A stretch of DNA of 64,000 bases from an uncultured Holophagales bacterium (GTDB taxonomy: Bacteria > Acidobacteriota > Thermoanaerobaculia > Multivoradales > UBA5704), in NCBI GenBank assembly GCA_963842525.1, contig CAWJGT010000001.1:448001-512000 (forward strand). The letters are read 5' to 3'. Each line of letters begins with the position of its first letter. Positions within the stretch are counted from its first letter, which is position 1. Position numbers and translations under genes: made by a program. Shown here piece after piece: positions 1 through 9,767 of this stretch. The notes under the pieces are model-generated. The model had not been told where the DNA came from. It searched no databases and saw only the letters and a program-made list of their open reading frames with translations.

Positions 1-2965
1 CCTTGCCGAGCGCCGTCTCGCAGGCGGACAGGACGACGAGATCGGCGTCGAGCTCGAGGTTGTAGATCTCCTGGAGACGCAGGAAACCATCCTCCAGGGG
101 TTTGCCCTGCTGGTCGAACTGCGAGAGCGCGAGCTTCGACAGCTCCGGATGCTCGGTGTTGAGAACGCCATGCGTGGCGAAGTGGACGAAACGGTAATCC
201 TTGAGCCGGCCGCCGATGGCATTGGCTACGGAAGCATCGGCGCCGAGCGCTTTCCAGTGCTCGGTCGGGTCCGGGACCAGACTGGCGATCTTTTCGCCCT
301 CAATCCTCGAGAAGGGGAGATAGTCGAGGTCGTAGGGATCGGCTTCGCTCTGCGACACGGCCCCGCGGCCCGGAACGCCGCGGTGGGCGGCGCCCGCGGT
401 TTTCCTGGCCTCGGCGCGGAGATTTGGGAGGTCCGGGTGGCCCTCGAACAGCGGATCCGCAAAGACGGCCAGGGTTTTCGGGGCGGCTCGCCGGCCAGCC
501 AGCTCGCGCCGCTGCACGGCGAGCATCGAGGCGGACGGAAGGACCACCACCTCGTTCTGGACGAGCTCCTTGGGAGAGGTTGGGAGGGGCAGGGCCGCGA
601 AGGGGACGTACTGAAGCATGCCGTCCCCCACGACGAGCAGCAAGCGGTCGCCCAGAAGCGGCTCGACTTGATCGAGGATGAGTTTGCTCAGCGCCAGGGC
701 GGCGGCTTCGGCCTGCTGGTCGGAACGTCCGGCCTGAGCGTTGTCGCGTGTGGTCACGGCCTGGTAGAACGACACCGCAGGCTCTTCGATCGCCTTGCGC
801 CCTGGCAGCTCGAAGCTCTGGAGGGAGGTCGACGTGACGGCCCAGAGATAGCTCTTCTCCTTGCCGAGGGCATATTCGAGGAGGAGGGTCCTCTCGCCCA
901 GGACCTGCTGCTGGATCTCGGCAGCGCTCAGGGGCTCGGGCTGGGTGAGCGAGGCATACCGTCCACTCGCCCGCAGGTCCGCCTGGACCTGTTCGTAATC
1001 GTCCAGGGCTTCCTGGAGATTGCGTTTCGCCTCCGCGATCTGCTCAGGGTCCGCCCCCTGATGGATGAGCTCGAGGTGGCGCCGGTCGCGGGTCCTCACC
1101 GTGGCCCGGCGGTCGCGTTCGAGCTGGATCAGCTTCGGATCGGCGCCTTTCTGGATGTCGGCACCTGCCTCGCTCAAGAGATCGAGAAGGCTGCGGGCGC
1201 GCGCCCGCTCGCTCACCTGCAGGGCGCGAGCGTCGAACCCCATGCCGGGCTGGCGCGCATGGAGCGACATCAGGACGTCGATCGCCAGCTCGTAGTATTC
1301 CTGGCGGGAGGCGAGGAACAGAGCGCTGAGATCCGGGCTCGCGACCCGGCTCCGGAGCGACTCGATCAGGTCGAGCGCTGCCTCCGCGGTCTCGGCGGCG
1401 GCCGCCAAGTCTCCCTGCTTTTTTTGAATCCTGGCAAGCTGCACAGCAAGCTCTGCCTCCCAGGCTGTCGCGCTCCGGCTCTGTGCGATCCGCCGGGCGC
1501 GCTCCAGCGTCGCCCGGGCTGTGGCGAGCTCGCCTTTTTCCCTCTGTGCTGAGGCCTGGGCCTGCAACGAACGAAGCTCCATGTCCTGGGTTCCACCCGC
1601 GAGTCCCGCCACCTGCTCCCACTGGCGGATCGCCTCGTCGCGCCGGCCCATCCGGAGGTACAGGGAGCCGAGGTTGAGGAGCACGCTCACCTGGACCTCG
1701 CGATGGTCCGTCTTCCGAGCGAGCTCCCCGGCCTTTTCATAGGCCTGGAGCGCCCTGTCGTGCTGCTCCAGCTTCTGATAGACCAGGGCGAGGTTGTTGA
1801 GAGTGGCCGCCTCGGACCGGCGGTCCTCGGAGGTGCGGTTCAGCTCGAGGGCCCGGGTGTAGTACTTGGCGGCCTCGTCCCAATTACCCAGTGCGTCATG
1901 GGTGACACCGAGGTTGTTCAGGGAAGCGGCCCGGTCGGCAGGGAGGGTGCGCTCGTCTTCGAGTGCCTCCTTGTAGAAGTCGAAAGCCCGGTCCGGCTCG
2001 CCGAGGCGTTCGAAGGCGGATCCGAGATTGACCAAAATGCTCCCCGGGTAGTCGCCGGTCTTTCGGGTCAGGCGGAGAGCTTCCTCGAGGTCCTGGCGCG
2101 CGGCAGGGGCCTCTCCGAGGTTGTTGAGGAGATGGCCCCGGTTGTTCAGGACCTTGCCTTGGAGCTCGAGGTCACCCTTTTCGCGGGCGAGGCTAAGAGC
2201 GGTCCCGAGAGTCTGGAGCGCTTCCTCGGACCGGGTCAAAAGACTCAGGATGCGGCCGAGCTCGTTCAGGGCAAACATCCGCTTTGCCGGGCTCTGCACC
2301 GCCTGCCACAGGTCGGCGGCTTTGCGGTGCAGGTCTGCTGCCTGATCGAGCTGGCCCAACTCGTTCTTGAGAATGCCGATCTGGTAGAGCTCCTCCGCTT
2401 CCCGTCCCTGGTCCCCGACCTTCTGCCACAGCGCGAGCGCCCGCCCACGGGTTGCGAGTTGATGCTGCAACGGAGCTTTGTCCACGATTTCCTGGATGGC
2501 TGCTTGCGTGGCTAGGACGGCTTCCATGCGGAGCCGGTCCGGCTCGCCGGCTACACGCAGGGGCTGCAGACGGATGCGATAGTGACCTGTCAGCGGGTGC
2601 TTCGAGGCGACGGACACCCTGATCTCATAGGCGCCGGGTTGGTCCGCCACGATCGCGAGCTCTTCGACGTCCCGCGTTGCATTCGGACTGTCGATGCAGA
2701 CCACGACCTTTCCGCTGGGATCGAGCAGCTCGATCTGGATGTCTACGCCCTGTTCAACGGTCGCGTCGAGGAACTGTCCAGCAGCAAGCTCGACGGGATA
2801 GCTGTGGACCTCCCCCGTCCGGATCTCCCGCTCCAGGGAGCTGCCGGGGTGGAGAGGCAGGTCTGCGGCGGGGGTGACCGGGCCCAGCGACAGGGCTGCC
2901 AAGGCGAGGCAGGACAGGCCCCAGGATGCTCTCGGTGTCCGGCTCGGGAGGCGGCTGAAACTCAT
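1..2965 (-). CDS. CHAT (caspase-like) domain protein with signal peptide, PPC-like domain and TPR repeats; 3' end outside window
   Basis: Not in the ORF track (runs off the edge). Translated by hand from ATG 2965: MSFSRLPSRTPRASWGLSCLALAALSLG...LEREIRTGEVHSYPVEL. The same frame at the window edge reads HFATHG and DGFLRLQEIYNLELDADLVVLSACETALGK (CHAT His/Cys motifs). Confidence 0.9.
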   Translation of the reverse strand, partial: MSFSRLPSRTPRASWGLSCLALAALSLGPVTPAADLPLHPGSSLEREIRTGEVHSYPVELAAGQFLDATVEQGVDIQIELLDPSGKVVVCIDSPNATRDVEELAIVADQPGAYEIRVSVASKHPLTGHYRIRLQPLRVAGEPDRLRMEAVLATQAAIQEIVDKAPLQHQLATRGRALALWQKVGDQGREAEELYQIGILKNELGQLDQAADLHRKAADLWQAVQSPAKRMFALNELGRILSLLTRSEEALQTLGTALSLAREKGDLELQGKVLNNRGHLLNNLGEAPAARQDLEEALRLTRKTGDYPGSILVNLGSAFERLGEPDRAFDFYKEALEDERTLPADRAASLNNLGVTHDALGNWDEAAKYYTRALELNRTSEDRRSEAATLNNLALVYQKLEQHDRALQAYEKAGELARKTDHREVQVSVLLNLGSLYLRMGRRDEAIRQWEQVAGLAGGTQDMELRSLQAQASAQREKGELATARATLERARRIAQSRSATAWEAELAVQLARIQKKQGDLAAAAETAEAALDLIESLRSRVASPDLSALFLASRQEYYELAIDVLMSLHARQPGMGFDARALQVSERARARSLLDLLSEAGADIQKGADPKLIQLERDRRATVRTRDRRHLELIHQGADPEQIAEAKRNLQEALDDYEQVQADLRASGRYASLTQPEPLSAAEIQQQVLGERTLLLEYALGKEKSYLWAVTSTSLQSFELPGRKAIEEPAVSFYQAVTTRDNAQAGRSDQQAEAAALALSKLILDQVEPLLGDRLLLVVGDGMLQYVPFAALPLPTSPKELVQNEVVVLPSASMLAVQRRELAGRRAAPKTLAVFADPLFEGHPDLPNLRAEARKTAGAAHRGVPGRGAVSQSEADPYDLDYLPFSRIEGEKIASLVPDPTEHWKALGADASVANAIGGRLKDYRFVHFATHGVLNTEHPELSKLALSQFDQQGKPLEDGFLRLQEIYNLELDADLVVLSACETALGK

Positions 2966-3128
2966 CTGATCCTTCGATCCGACCCGGGCTTTCCTCGATC
3001 CCCGGGCCGTGCGCCAGCTCAAGACGTCATGGTTCCGCAACCGGCAGGAGTCTGGTCGCCTTATATTCTATCGTTTCATCCAGATCAGCTTCCAGGCAAT
3101 GGTCCTCCGCCTGCGCTAAGCTGATGCC

Positions 3129-4238
3129 GTGCGCGTAAGCCCGGCGGAAGAATCGCCTGCGAGCCCGTCCCCCGAGACCCGGCGGGTCCTCCATTGCGAT
3201 ATGGACTGCTTCTATGCGGCCGTGCACATGCGGGACGATCCGTCCCTGCGCGGCAAGCCGGTGATCATCGGCGGACGGCCGGAAAGCCGGGGCGTCGTCG
3301 CGGCGGCGAGCTACGAGGTCCGCAAATACGGCGTGCATTCGGCCATGCCGTCGTCGCGGGCCAAGCGGCTCTGCCCGCATGCCATCTTCATTCCGCCCGA
3401 CTTCCGCCGCTACAGCCGCGAGTCCGAGAAGATCTTCGCCATCTACCGCGAGATCACGCCGCTCGTCCAGGCGGTGTCGATCGACGAAGCCTATCTCGAC
3501 GTGACGGACCATCTGGGGGAGGCCGGGAGCGCGACCGCCATCGCGCGCGAGGTCCGGCGGAGGGTGCGCGAGGAACGGGAGCTGACGGTGAGCGTCGGGG
3601 TGGGGCCGAACCGGCTGATCGCCAAGATCGCCTCGGACTTCCACAAGCCGGACGGCCTGACCGTGGTGCCGCCGCACCGGGTGCAGGAGTTCCTCGCTCC
3701 GCTGCCGGTGCGGCGCCTCAATGGCGTTGGTCCCGCGACCGAGAAGGTCCTTGTCGAGATGGGCATCCAGACCATCGCGGATCTGCGGGCGCGGGAGATC
3801 GAGGACCTGACCGACCGCTTCGGCGGCAAGCACAGCCGCCTGCTCTGGGAGTTCGCACGGGGGATCGACGACCGGCCGGTGGAGATCCACAGCGAGCGCA
3901 AGAGCCTGGGAACCGAGAACACCTACGCAGTGGACCTGGCCGACCTCGCGGAGATGGACGGCGAGATCCACCGCATGTCCGAGGAGGTGTCGGACGCCCT
4001 GATCAAGCGCGGTCTCACCGCCTGCACGGTGACGGTCAAGGTGCGCTACGCCGACTTCACCACCGTCACCCGCTCGCGGACCTTTCCCGTGCCGCTGCAC
4101 GATATCGCCTCGATCGCCGCCTGCGCCCGCGACCTCCTGCGGCGCACCGAGGCCCCCCGCCGGCCCATCCGCCTCCTCGGCGTCACCGCCTCCAACCTGC
4201 TGCACGGCAAGATGGTCCAGCTCCTGCTGTTTGAGTAG
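3129..4238 (+). CDS. dinB: DNA polymerase IV (Y-family)
   Basis: HCDMDCFYAAV, VVAAASYEVRKYGVHSAM, SIDEAYLD, IAKIASDFHKPDG motifs. Confidence 0.96.
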   Translation: MRVSPAEESPASPSPETRRVLHCDMDCFYAAVHMRDDPSLRGKPVIIGGRPESRGVVAAASYEVRKYGVHSAMPSSRAKRLCPHAIFIPPDFRRYSRESEKIFAIYREITPLVQAVSIDEAYLDVTDHLGEAGSATAIAREVRRRVREERELTVSVGVGPNRLIAKIASDFHKPDGLTVVPPHRVQEFLAPLPVRRLNGVGPATEKVLVEMGIQTIADLRAREIEDLTDRFGGKHSRLLWEFARGIDDRPVEIHSERKSLGTENTYAVDLADLAEMDGEIHRMSEEVSDALIKRGLTACTVTVKVRYADFTTVTRSRTFPVPLHDIASIAACARDLLRRTEAPRRPIRLLGVTASNLLHGKMVQLLLFE

Positions 4239-4255
4239 AGCGTCAGCGGGCGTGA

Positions 4256-4293
4256 AATCCATTCACGGCGTGGATGATTCGCACGAGCCGAGC
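4256..4293. repeat. Degenerate ~37-nt direct repeat, copy 1 (copy 2 at 5024-5060)
   Basis: aatccattcacggcgtggatgattcgcacgagccgagc vs aatccattcatgacgtgaatgattcgcaaagccgagc; the two copies flank the MNT-HEPN module. Confidence 0.7.
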
Positions 4294-4340
4294 AACTGAG
4301 AACAAGCCGAATCGAAGGCTACGTTAGACTGAACGGTGCC

Positions 4341-4535
4341 ATGTGCACGGTATCTCCCCGCGAGTACCACGCCCGGCGTGATGCGGAGCTGCGGCGCCAG
4401 CGGGAGGAGCTGCGTCTGGAGGTCCTGGAGAAGGCACGATCCGCAATCCGGCGGTTTGCCCCGGAGTTTCCACCGATCCAGGCGGTGGAGGGCTTCGGAG
4501 AGCTCTGCCATGAACGAAAGATACCTGGTTCTTGA
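4341..4535 (+). pseudogene. Internally deleted nucleotidyltransferase (MNT) antitoxin remnant
   Basis: Helical N-terminus ending FAPEFPPIQAV, the point where YLFGS...SDxD should follow. The catalytic core is absent. Lies directly upstream of a HEPN gene. Confidence 0.55.
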
Positions 4536-4971
4536 GCGGAGCATCCAGGCCGACCTGGGGATGATCGCACGCCTCTATGAGGCGCTCGGCGAGACGGATC
4601 TGAAGGGGGCCGAGCCCCAGGAGGTTCTCATCGTCATCGCCTACCGTCTCCACAGCCTCTACTCTGCCTTCGAGAACATCTTCCGCAACATTGCCACGGC
4701 GTTCGAGAACCAGCTCGATCCGGTAGGCTGGGATCGTCAGCTCTTGCAGCGGATGCGGCTGGATCTCCTCCCGATCCGCCCGGCCGTCATCGACGACAAG
4801 GCCTATGGGAGCCTGGACGAAATGCTCCGCTTCCGCCATGTCTTTCTGACCATGTACGGGATCGAGCTCGATGCCTCGCGTCTGCAGGTTGCCCTTCAGA
4901 AAACGCTGGCCCTCAAGCCCCTCTATCAGCCGCAGATCGAGAAGTTCCTGGAGTTCCTGAGAAGCCTTTGA
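4510..4971 (+). CDS. HEPN/HepT-like ribonuclease toxin family protein
   Basis: LHSLYSAFENIFRNIA, W..QLL.RM, LDEMLRFRHVF..MYG motifs; ATG at 4510. Confidence 0.8.
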   Translation: MNERYLVLERSIQADLGMIARLYEALGETDLKGAEPQEVLIVIAYRLHSLYSAFENIFRNIATAFENQLDPVGWDRQLLQRMRLDLLPIRPAVIDDKAYGSLDEMLRFRHVFLTMYGIELDASRLQVALQKTLALKPLYQPQIEKFLEFLRSL

Positions 4972-4993
4972 GCGCTGGGCGGCGCTGGGCCTC

Positions 4994-6307
4994 TCAGAGG
5001 ACCCGCCACCATGGCGAACGGGCAATCCATTCATGACGTGAATGATTCGCAAAGCCGAGCGCCTCCAGCGGATGAATCCCGCCGTTGTGCCACAGGGCGT
5101 CCGGGGATTGGAGGTCGCCGGGCGGAGCGCAACGGGAAATGCCGAGGCTGGTCAGCGCCGGCTCCAGGCTCCAGGCGTCGTCTCCGGCCAGAGCGGCTCC
5201 CTGGAGACGGTCCTGCCAGGGTGTGAGCAGGTCTGGCACGCGGGAGATGTCTGGCAGCGGATGGACCCGGACGGTCCGCAGGCCCGGAGTGGGACGGAAT
5301 TGCGGGTCGGTATCTAAGAGGACGGTCCCGGCGGCCAGGGGGAGGCAGGTCGGGCGCTGCCCTCGCATCTCCGCTTCCAGCCGCGCCTGCTGGACGGCGG
5401 CCTGGTCCGCGGGGTCGGGCGGACCGGGCGGCCAGGTTTGGGCCAGGACGCGGAGCTCGTCCTCTAGATAGGTGGCGAGCTCTTCCGCATCTCCAGCCGT
5501 GTAGACCGCCGCCACCGAAAGGCAGCCCCGTTGGTCGAACAGGGCGATGTCACGCGCCAGCCCCGGAGCCACCTGCTCGGGACGTGCCTCTCTCCCGATC
5601 ACGGCCAGGCTGGTCCTGGGGCCGTAGCCGACGACCTTGCCCGGCGCCCGGCGCTCCAGGTCTGCGAGCGCCGGCGCATCGCCGTAGGCGAGCACCGTGC
5701 CGGCACCCGCCAGGACAGGCGCTTCCAGCTCCTCGTTCCCGCCCGGCCAAGCGACGGCGGCGACGGAGCCCGCAAGCCTTGGCTCGCGACGGATCAGAGC
5801 GCGCAGAAAGGCGGGAGCGAACAGCGGCTCCGCCGAGGGGGATTTGAGAAGCACCGGCCGCCGGAGCGCAAGGGCCGGCAGCAGCGGCTGCACTGCCAGC
5901 GCCGGCAGGTTCGCGGCGAGCACCACGAGGACCGGCCCGGCGGGTGCGGAAGGTACGCGCGCTTCGGCCTCGGCCAGCAGGACCGCCGCGGGCTCCTTCC
6001 GCACGCCTCCGAGCACCGCTTCGAGGCCGGCTTGGAGCCCCTCCGTGGAGAGGCGGCAGAGGCGGGCCCACTCGGAATCGAGCGCCTGGCGTTCCGGCGA
6101 GCGGCGGGAGCGGAAGGCCTCGACCGTGCCGGTCCAGGCGGCCAGCAGGTCCGCCGTCGGGATGGCACGGAGAGCCTCCTCCCCCCGCCGGAGCTCGGCC
6201 ACGAGCCGGTCCAGGTCCGCCGGCGTCCACGGACAGGCGAGCCAGTGCAGGCCTTGCCGCGCGCTGGGCGGCGGGAGGCCCGGAGGCAGGTAGGCGTCGC
6301 GCAGCAT
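4994..6307 (-). CDS. LuxC-like acyl-CoA reductase (ALDH fold)
   Basis: LAANLP, LLKSPSAEP, GYGPRTS, DIALFDQRGCLS; ATG 6307 immediately follows the luxE-like stop. Confidence 0.85.
   Translation of the reverse strand: MLRDAYLPPGLPPPSARQGLHWLACPWTPADLDRLVAELRRGEEALRAIPTADLLAAWTGTVEAFRSRRSPERQALDSEWARLCRLSTEGLQAGLEAVLGGVRKEPAAVLLAEAEARVPSAPAGPVLVVLAANLPALAVQPLLPALALRRPVLLKSPSAEPLFAPAFLRALIRREPRLAGSVAAVAWPGGNEELEAPVLAGAGTVLAYGDAPALADLERRAPGKVVGYGPRTSLAVIGREARPEQVAPGLARDIALFDQRGCLSVAAVYTAGDAEELATYLEDELRVLAQTWPPGPPDPADQAAVQQARLEAEMRGQRPTCLPLAAGTVLLDTDPQFRPTPGLRTVRVHPLPDISRVPDLLTPWQDRLQGAALAGDDAWSLEPALTSLGISRCAPPGDLQSPDALWHNGGIHPLEALGFANHSRHEWIARSPWWRVL
5024..5060. repeat. Degenerate direct repeat, copy 2, inside the luxC-like 3' end
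   Basis: Aligns with 4256-4293 with 4 mismatches and 1 indel. Confidence 0.7.
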
Positions 6308-6309
6308 GC

Positions 6310-7380
6310 CTAGCCCGCGCGCAGCTTCTCGACCACCAGGGAGCAGCCGCGCAGCTCGGCCCCGGCGGCGCGGCCGAGGAGGCGGAAGCCGTCCCCTTCG
6401 GCGACCCCCAGGTCTTCGGTCAACAGGTGGACGGCCGAGCCGACGTTCGCTAGGTCGAAGACGGAGATCAGCCCGGTCGTCCCTGGCGGCGCCTCCTCCA
6501 GCGTCTCGGGGTCCAGGATGCGGACCCGCGTCCAGGCCGGGGCCACGAAGAGGTCGAGGTCGCCGCCGAGGAGCACCCGCGTGTAACACTGGCTGGTGAG
6601 CTCGGTCATGCCGTACTCGCGGACCACCTGCTCCGGCGGCACCCCCAGCCGGTCTCCCACCCGCTGCAGCAGCTCGGCGCGGGTCAGCTCGGCGGTGCGC
6701 CCCTTGAAGCCGCCCGTCTCGAACAGGACGGACCCCGCCGGCAGCCGGAAACGGAGGTCCATCCGGTCCAGCCCGTCGAGCCACTGAGCCAGGGCAAAGG
6801 CGGTCGCCAGGACTAGGACGGGCCGGCCCTCGCGCTGGCGGGACCCGGTCCAGGAGCGGGCGCGCGCCGTCTCCACCCCGCGCGGTCCGAACGCCGTGGC
6901 GCTCTCCGGCGAGCCCCAGCGGGTGAGGATGTGGTCCACCATGAAGGAGAGGCTGGAGTCGGGGAGCTGCTCGCGGGTCGGGATCAGCGACAGGACCGGC
7001 AGGCGGGCCGCGGGGCCGAACAGCGGCAGGCAGAAAGGTGGGAACGAGGAGTCGATCACCTGCCGGTAGAGGTCCGGATAGGGATGGTGATGGACGCTCT
7101 GGGTCTCTCCGCCCCCTCCACTCCCTGAAGTCGTGCCGCTGCTGCGGAAGACCTCGACGGCTGGCGCCGTAGCCAGCTCCAGGCTCTTGAAGGCGGCGGA
7201 CGGCACCGGCGGCACCTGCCGCCAGTCCGTGACCGTGTCCGGGGTGACCCCACGTCCCAGGCAGAGGCGGCCGAAGGGCTCGATCCGCTCGAATTGGAAG
7301 GCGAACGCCCCAAGCGCCAGCTCCTCGAACGAGCCGTTCCGCGGATCGGTCACATAGCGGGAGATCCGGTCGACGATCAC
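6310..7380 (-). CDS. LuxE-like acyl-protein synthetase
   Basis: FRSSGTT, ETGGFKGR, EYGMTELTSQ, LGRAAGAELRGCS. Confidence 0.9.
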   Translation of the reverse strand: MIVDRISRYVTDPRNGSFEELALGAFAFQFERIEPFGRLCLGRGVTPDTVTDWRQVPPVPSAAFKSLELATAPAVEVFRSSGTTSGSGGGGETQSVHHHPYPDLYRQVIDSSFPPFCLPLFGPAARLPVLSLIPTREQLPDSSLSFMVDHILTRWGSPESATAFGPRGVETARARSWTGSRQREGRPVLVLATAFALAQWLDGLDRMDLRFRLPAGSVLFETGGFKGRTAELTRAELLQRVGDRLGVPPEQVVREYGMTELTSQCYTRVLLGGDLDLFVAPAWTRVRILDPETLEEAPPGTTGLISVFDLANVGSAVHLLTEDLGVAEGDGFRLLGRAAGAELRGCSLVVEKLRAG

Positions 7381-7453
7381 GGCCGGATTCTGTCACGGCC
7401 CCGGGACGTCCGCCGCCGGTTTTCTGCTACAGTACGGCCCGGAGGCCGGTCCT

Positions 7454-7828
7454 ATGCCCGAAGCGTTTCCTTATCCGAAGAAGATCGAGGTCGACAAGCC
7501 GCCGCGTGCCAAGGCGCCCAAGCAGTTGGCGGTGATCGACCAGACGGGCTGCACGGGCTGCGAGGCCTGCATTTCCTTCTGCCCGGTCGACTGCATCGAG
7601 ATCGTGCCAGGGCCCGAGTTCCGCGACTTCATGAAGCTCGTCGAGGTCGACCTGGAGCGGTGCATCGGCTGTCAGCTCTGCGCCCGCTACTGCCCCTGGG
7701 AGACGATCGATATGTGGGGTTATGAAGAAGGGGTCGCCGTCGCGCCCCAGCTTACGGTGCGCTCCCTGATCTACGACTACGATCCCGAGACCATGCACGA
7801 GGCGGCGGAGGCGCGGAGTGCCTCCTGA
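7454..7828 (+). CDS. 2x[4Fe-4S] ferredoxin
   Basis: Two CxxCxxCxxxCP motifs (CTGCEACISFCP, CIGCQLCARYCP). Confidence 0.92.
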   Translation: MPEAFPYPKKIEVDKPPRAKAPKQLAVIDQTGCTGCEACISFCPVDCIEIVPGPEFRDFMKLVEVDLERCIGCQLCARYCPWETIDMWGYEEGVAVAPQLTVRSLIYDYDPETMHEAAEARSAS

Positions 7829-8021
7829 GGCGCACGACCCCGAGCTCCAGGCCGCCCTGCAACAGGTCCTGCAGGTCATCTACAAAGACCACCCCCTCAA
7901 GGCCAACCAGATCCTGGTGCTCGCCGCCGAGCTGCAGCGGCTCGGCGTCCACCGCCTGGTGGAAGAGCACCTCTCCAAGTTCCAGCTCCAGCTCGACCGC
8001 ACCGTCCGCCCAGCCTCGTAG
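7818..8021 (+). CDS. Small hypothetical protein (67 aa)
   Basis: Overlaps the ferredoxin stop, has GC-rich third positions, and fills the gap before the sigma gene. Confidence 0.55.
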   Translation: MPPEAHDPELQAALQQVLQVIYKDHPLKANQILVLAAELQRLGVHRLVEEHLSKFQLQLDRTVRPAS

Positions 8022-8059
8022 CGCAGGCTTTCCCTCGGCCGGGTGTTCCAGGAGGTGAG

Positions 8060-8680
8060 GTGGGCACGGAACGCGCAGCGGCGGCGAGCGTGGATCCGGG
8101 CTGGCAGGTGCTGGCCCGGGTGGCCGCAGGGGACACCGATGCGTTCGCCCGACTCGTCGAGAGCCATCAGGACCGGTTACTCCGGTTGTGTGAGCGCTTG
8201 CTCGGCGATGTGGAGGAGGCCCGCGACGCCGTCCAGGAGGTCTTCCTCAAGGCCTACCGCAAGGCCGGCGAGCTCCGGCCCCAGGGGCAGGTGTACACCT
8301 GGCTGTACCGCATCGCGGTCAACCATTGCCTGAACAAGCTCCGGCGGCGCAAGCTGGTCCGCTTCCTCCGCTTCGAGGACCCGGCGGACGAGGACGCGCC
8401 GCGGTTCGAGCCGCCGGACGGCGCTCCCGACCCCATCGCGGCACTGGAGTCGCGCCGGCGCTGGCAGGCCACCCGGCGGGCGATCGCCGGGCTGCCGGCG
8501 GGACAGCGGACGGTCCTCGTGCTGGCGCGCTTCGAAGGGCTTTCGTATCGTCAGATCGCCGAGGTCCTGGGCATCACCGAAGGCGCGGTGGAGAGCCGAC
8601 TCTTCCGGGCCATGCGCAGGGTCGAGGCCGCGCAGGAAGCGGAGGCCTCGGGGGTTTCAAAGAGAAAGGGCAGACCATGA
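8060..8680 (+). CDS. ECF sigma-70 factor
   Basis: DAVQEVFLKAY, TWLYRIAVNHC, GLSYRQIAEVLGITEGAVESRLFRA. Confidence 0.95.
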   Translation: MGTERAAAASVDPGWQVLARVAAGDTDAFARLVESHQDRLLRLCERLLGDVEEARDAVQEVFLKAYRKAGELRPQGQVYTWLYRIAVNHCLNKLRRRKLVRFLRFEDPADEDAPRFEPPDGAPDPIAALESRRRWQATRRAIAGLPAGQRTVLVLARFEGLSYRQIAEVLGITEGAVESRLFRAMRRVEAAQEAEASGVSKRKGRP

Positions 8681-9132
8681 GACGCACCACGGACATCGAG
8701 CTCATGCGGCTCCTCCACGGCGAGCTGCCGGCCGACCAGGCGCGCGGGCTGCGCGCCCGGATGGAGCGGGAGCCCGAGCTGGCCGCCGCCTACGCGCGGC
8801 TGGAGCGGACCTGGACCGGCCTGGAGCTGCCGCCGGCCGCTGCCGCCCCTCCAGGCTTCGGGCAGCGCATCCTGGCGCAGGCCCGCCCGGAAGGCCCGGG
8901 AGGGGCGCTCTCCTGGTCCGCGGCCCCGGTCTGGGTGCGGGCGACCGCCGCTGCGGCCCTGGTCTTCGGATTGGTGGTCGGCGCAGGGGTCGGGAGCTGG
9001 ACAGGGCCGCCGGCCGCCTTGGATGTTGAATCGGTCGGATCGGACGGATCGGACGGATCTGAGGAGATCGAGCCCAGCTTTGCCGAGGCGTACTGGGACG
9101 CTCTGGGCGAGCTCGACGAGGTCGGGCTGTGA
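8677..9132 (+). CDS. Putative transmembrane anti-sigma factor
   Basis: ATGA overlap with the sigma gene; L..GEL N-terminal motif and one TM helix (AAAALVFGLVVGAGVG). Confidence 0.8.
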   Translation: MRRTTDIELMRLLHGELPADQARGLRARMEREPELAAAYARLERTWTGLELPPAAAAPPGFGQRILAQARPEGPGGALSWSAAPVWVRATAAAALVFGLVVGAGVGSWTGPPAALDVESVGSDGSDGSEEIEPSFAEAYWDALGELDEVGL

Positions 9133-9755
9133 AGCGCTGGTGGCTGGTCATCGTGCTCCTGCTGTCGCTGGGGGTGAACGCGGGGATCCTGGCGACCCTG
9201 GCCGTCCATCGCCTGTCGAAGCCCGGCAGGGAGGGGCCGCCGCCAGATCGTGGACCGATCCCTGAAGAGGTCCTCCCCGATCCGAACCCGGAGGGGCCGC
9301 CCCCGCGGGTGACCCGGCTGGCCGACCGGCTGGGGCTCGAAGGGGAGCAGCGCCGGCGCTTCATCGCCCTCCAACTGCGCTTCTTCGCGGACACCGTCCG
9401 CCTGCGCACCCAGCAGGTGGAGGTCTACCGTGCGCTGCGCCGCGAGCTGACAGCCCGGGAGCCCGACCAGGGGCGGATCGAGTCTTTGCTCCAGGAGGCG
9501 GCCCGCCTGCACCTCGCCCTCGAGCAGGCCATGACCCGCAACGTGATCGACAGCCGGGCGGTCCTCGATCCCGAGCAGGAGCGGCTCTACCGCCAGATCC
9601 TCTCCCGCCTGCGGCCCCCCGGCCTCCGTCCGGGAGGAGGCCTGGGCGATCAGCCTCCCCGAGCCCAACGCCGCCCCAGGCGGCAGAGGGCCCCCTGGAA
9701 CCGTCCCTCCCGCCCCGGCCCGCCTGGAGACGAGCAGGAGCCCTTTATCCCCTGA
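9129..9755 (+). CDS. Periplasmic heavy-metal sensor / Spy-CpxP-like protein
   Basis: LLSLGVNAG signal anchor; LGLEGEQ and VLDPEQ (LTxxQ-like) motifs; third gene of the ECF cassette. Confidence 0.8.
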   Translation: MKRWWLVIVLLLSLGVNAGILATLAVHRLSKPGREGPPPDRGPIPEEVLPDPNPEGPPPRVTRLADRLGLEGEQRRRFIALQLRFFADTVRLRTQQVEVYRALRRELTAREPDQGRIESLLQEAARLHLALEQAMTRNVIDSRAVLDPEQERLYRQILSRLRPPGLRPGGGLGDQPPRAQRRPRRQRAPWNRPSRPGPPGDEQEPFIP

Positions 9756-9767
9756 CCCCGCGGCGCC

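Noticed and set aside
149-2515. + strand ORFs of 467 aa and 270 aa
   Set aside because: Antisense shadows of the minus-strand CHAT/TPR gene, which carries the real motifs.
4994-7396. 800-aa ORF as a single LuxE-LuxC fusion
   Set aside because: The N-terminal part is out-of-frame sequence over luxE; the LuxC-like protein starts at 6307.
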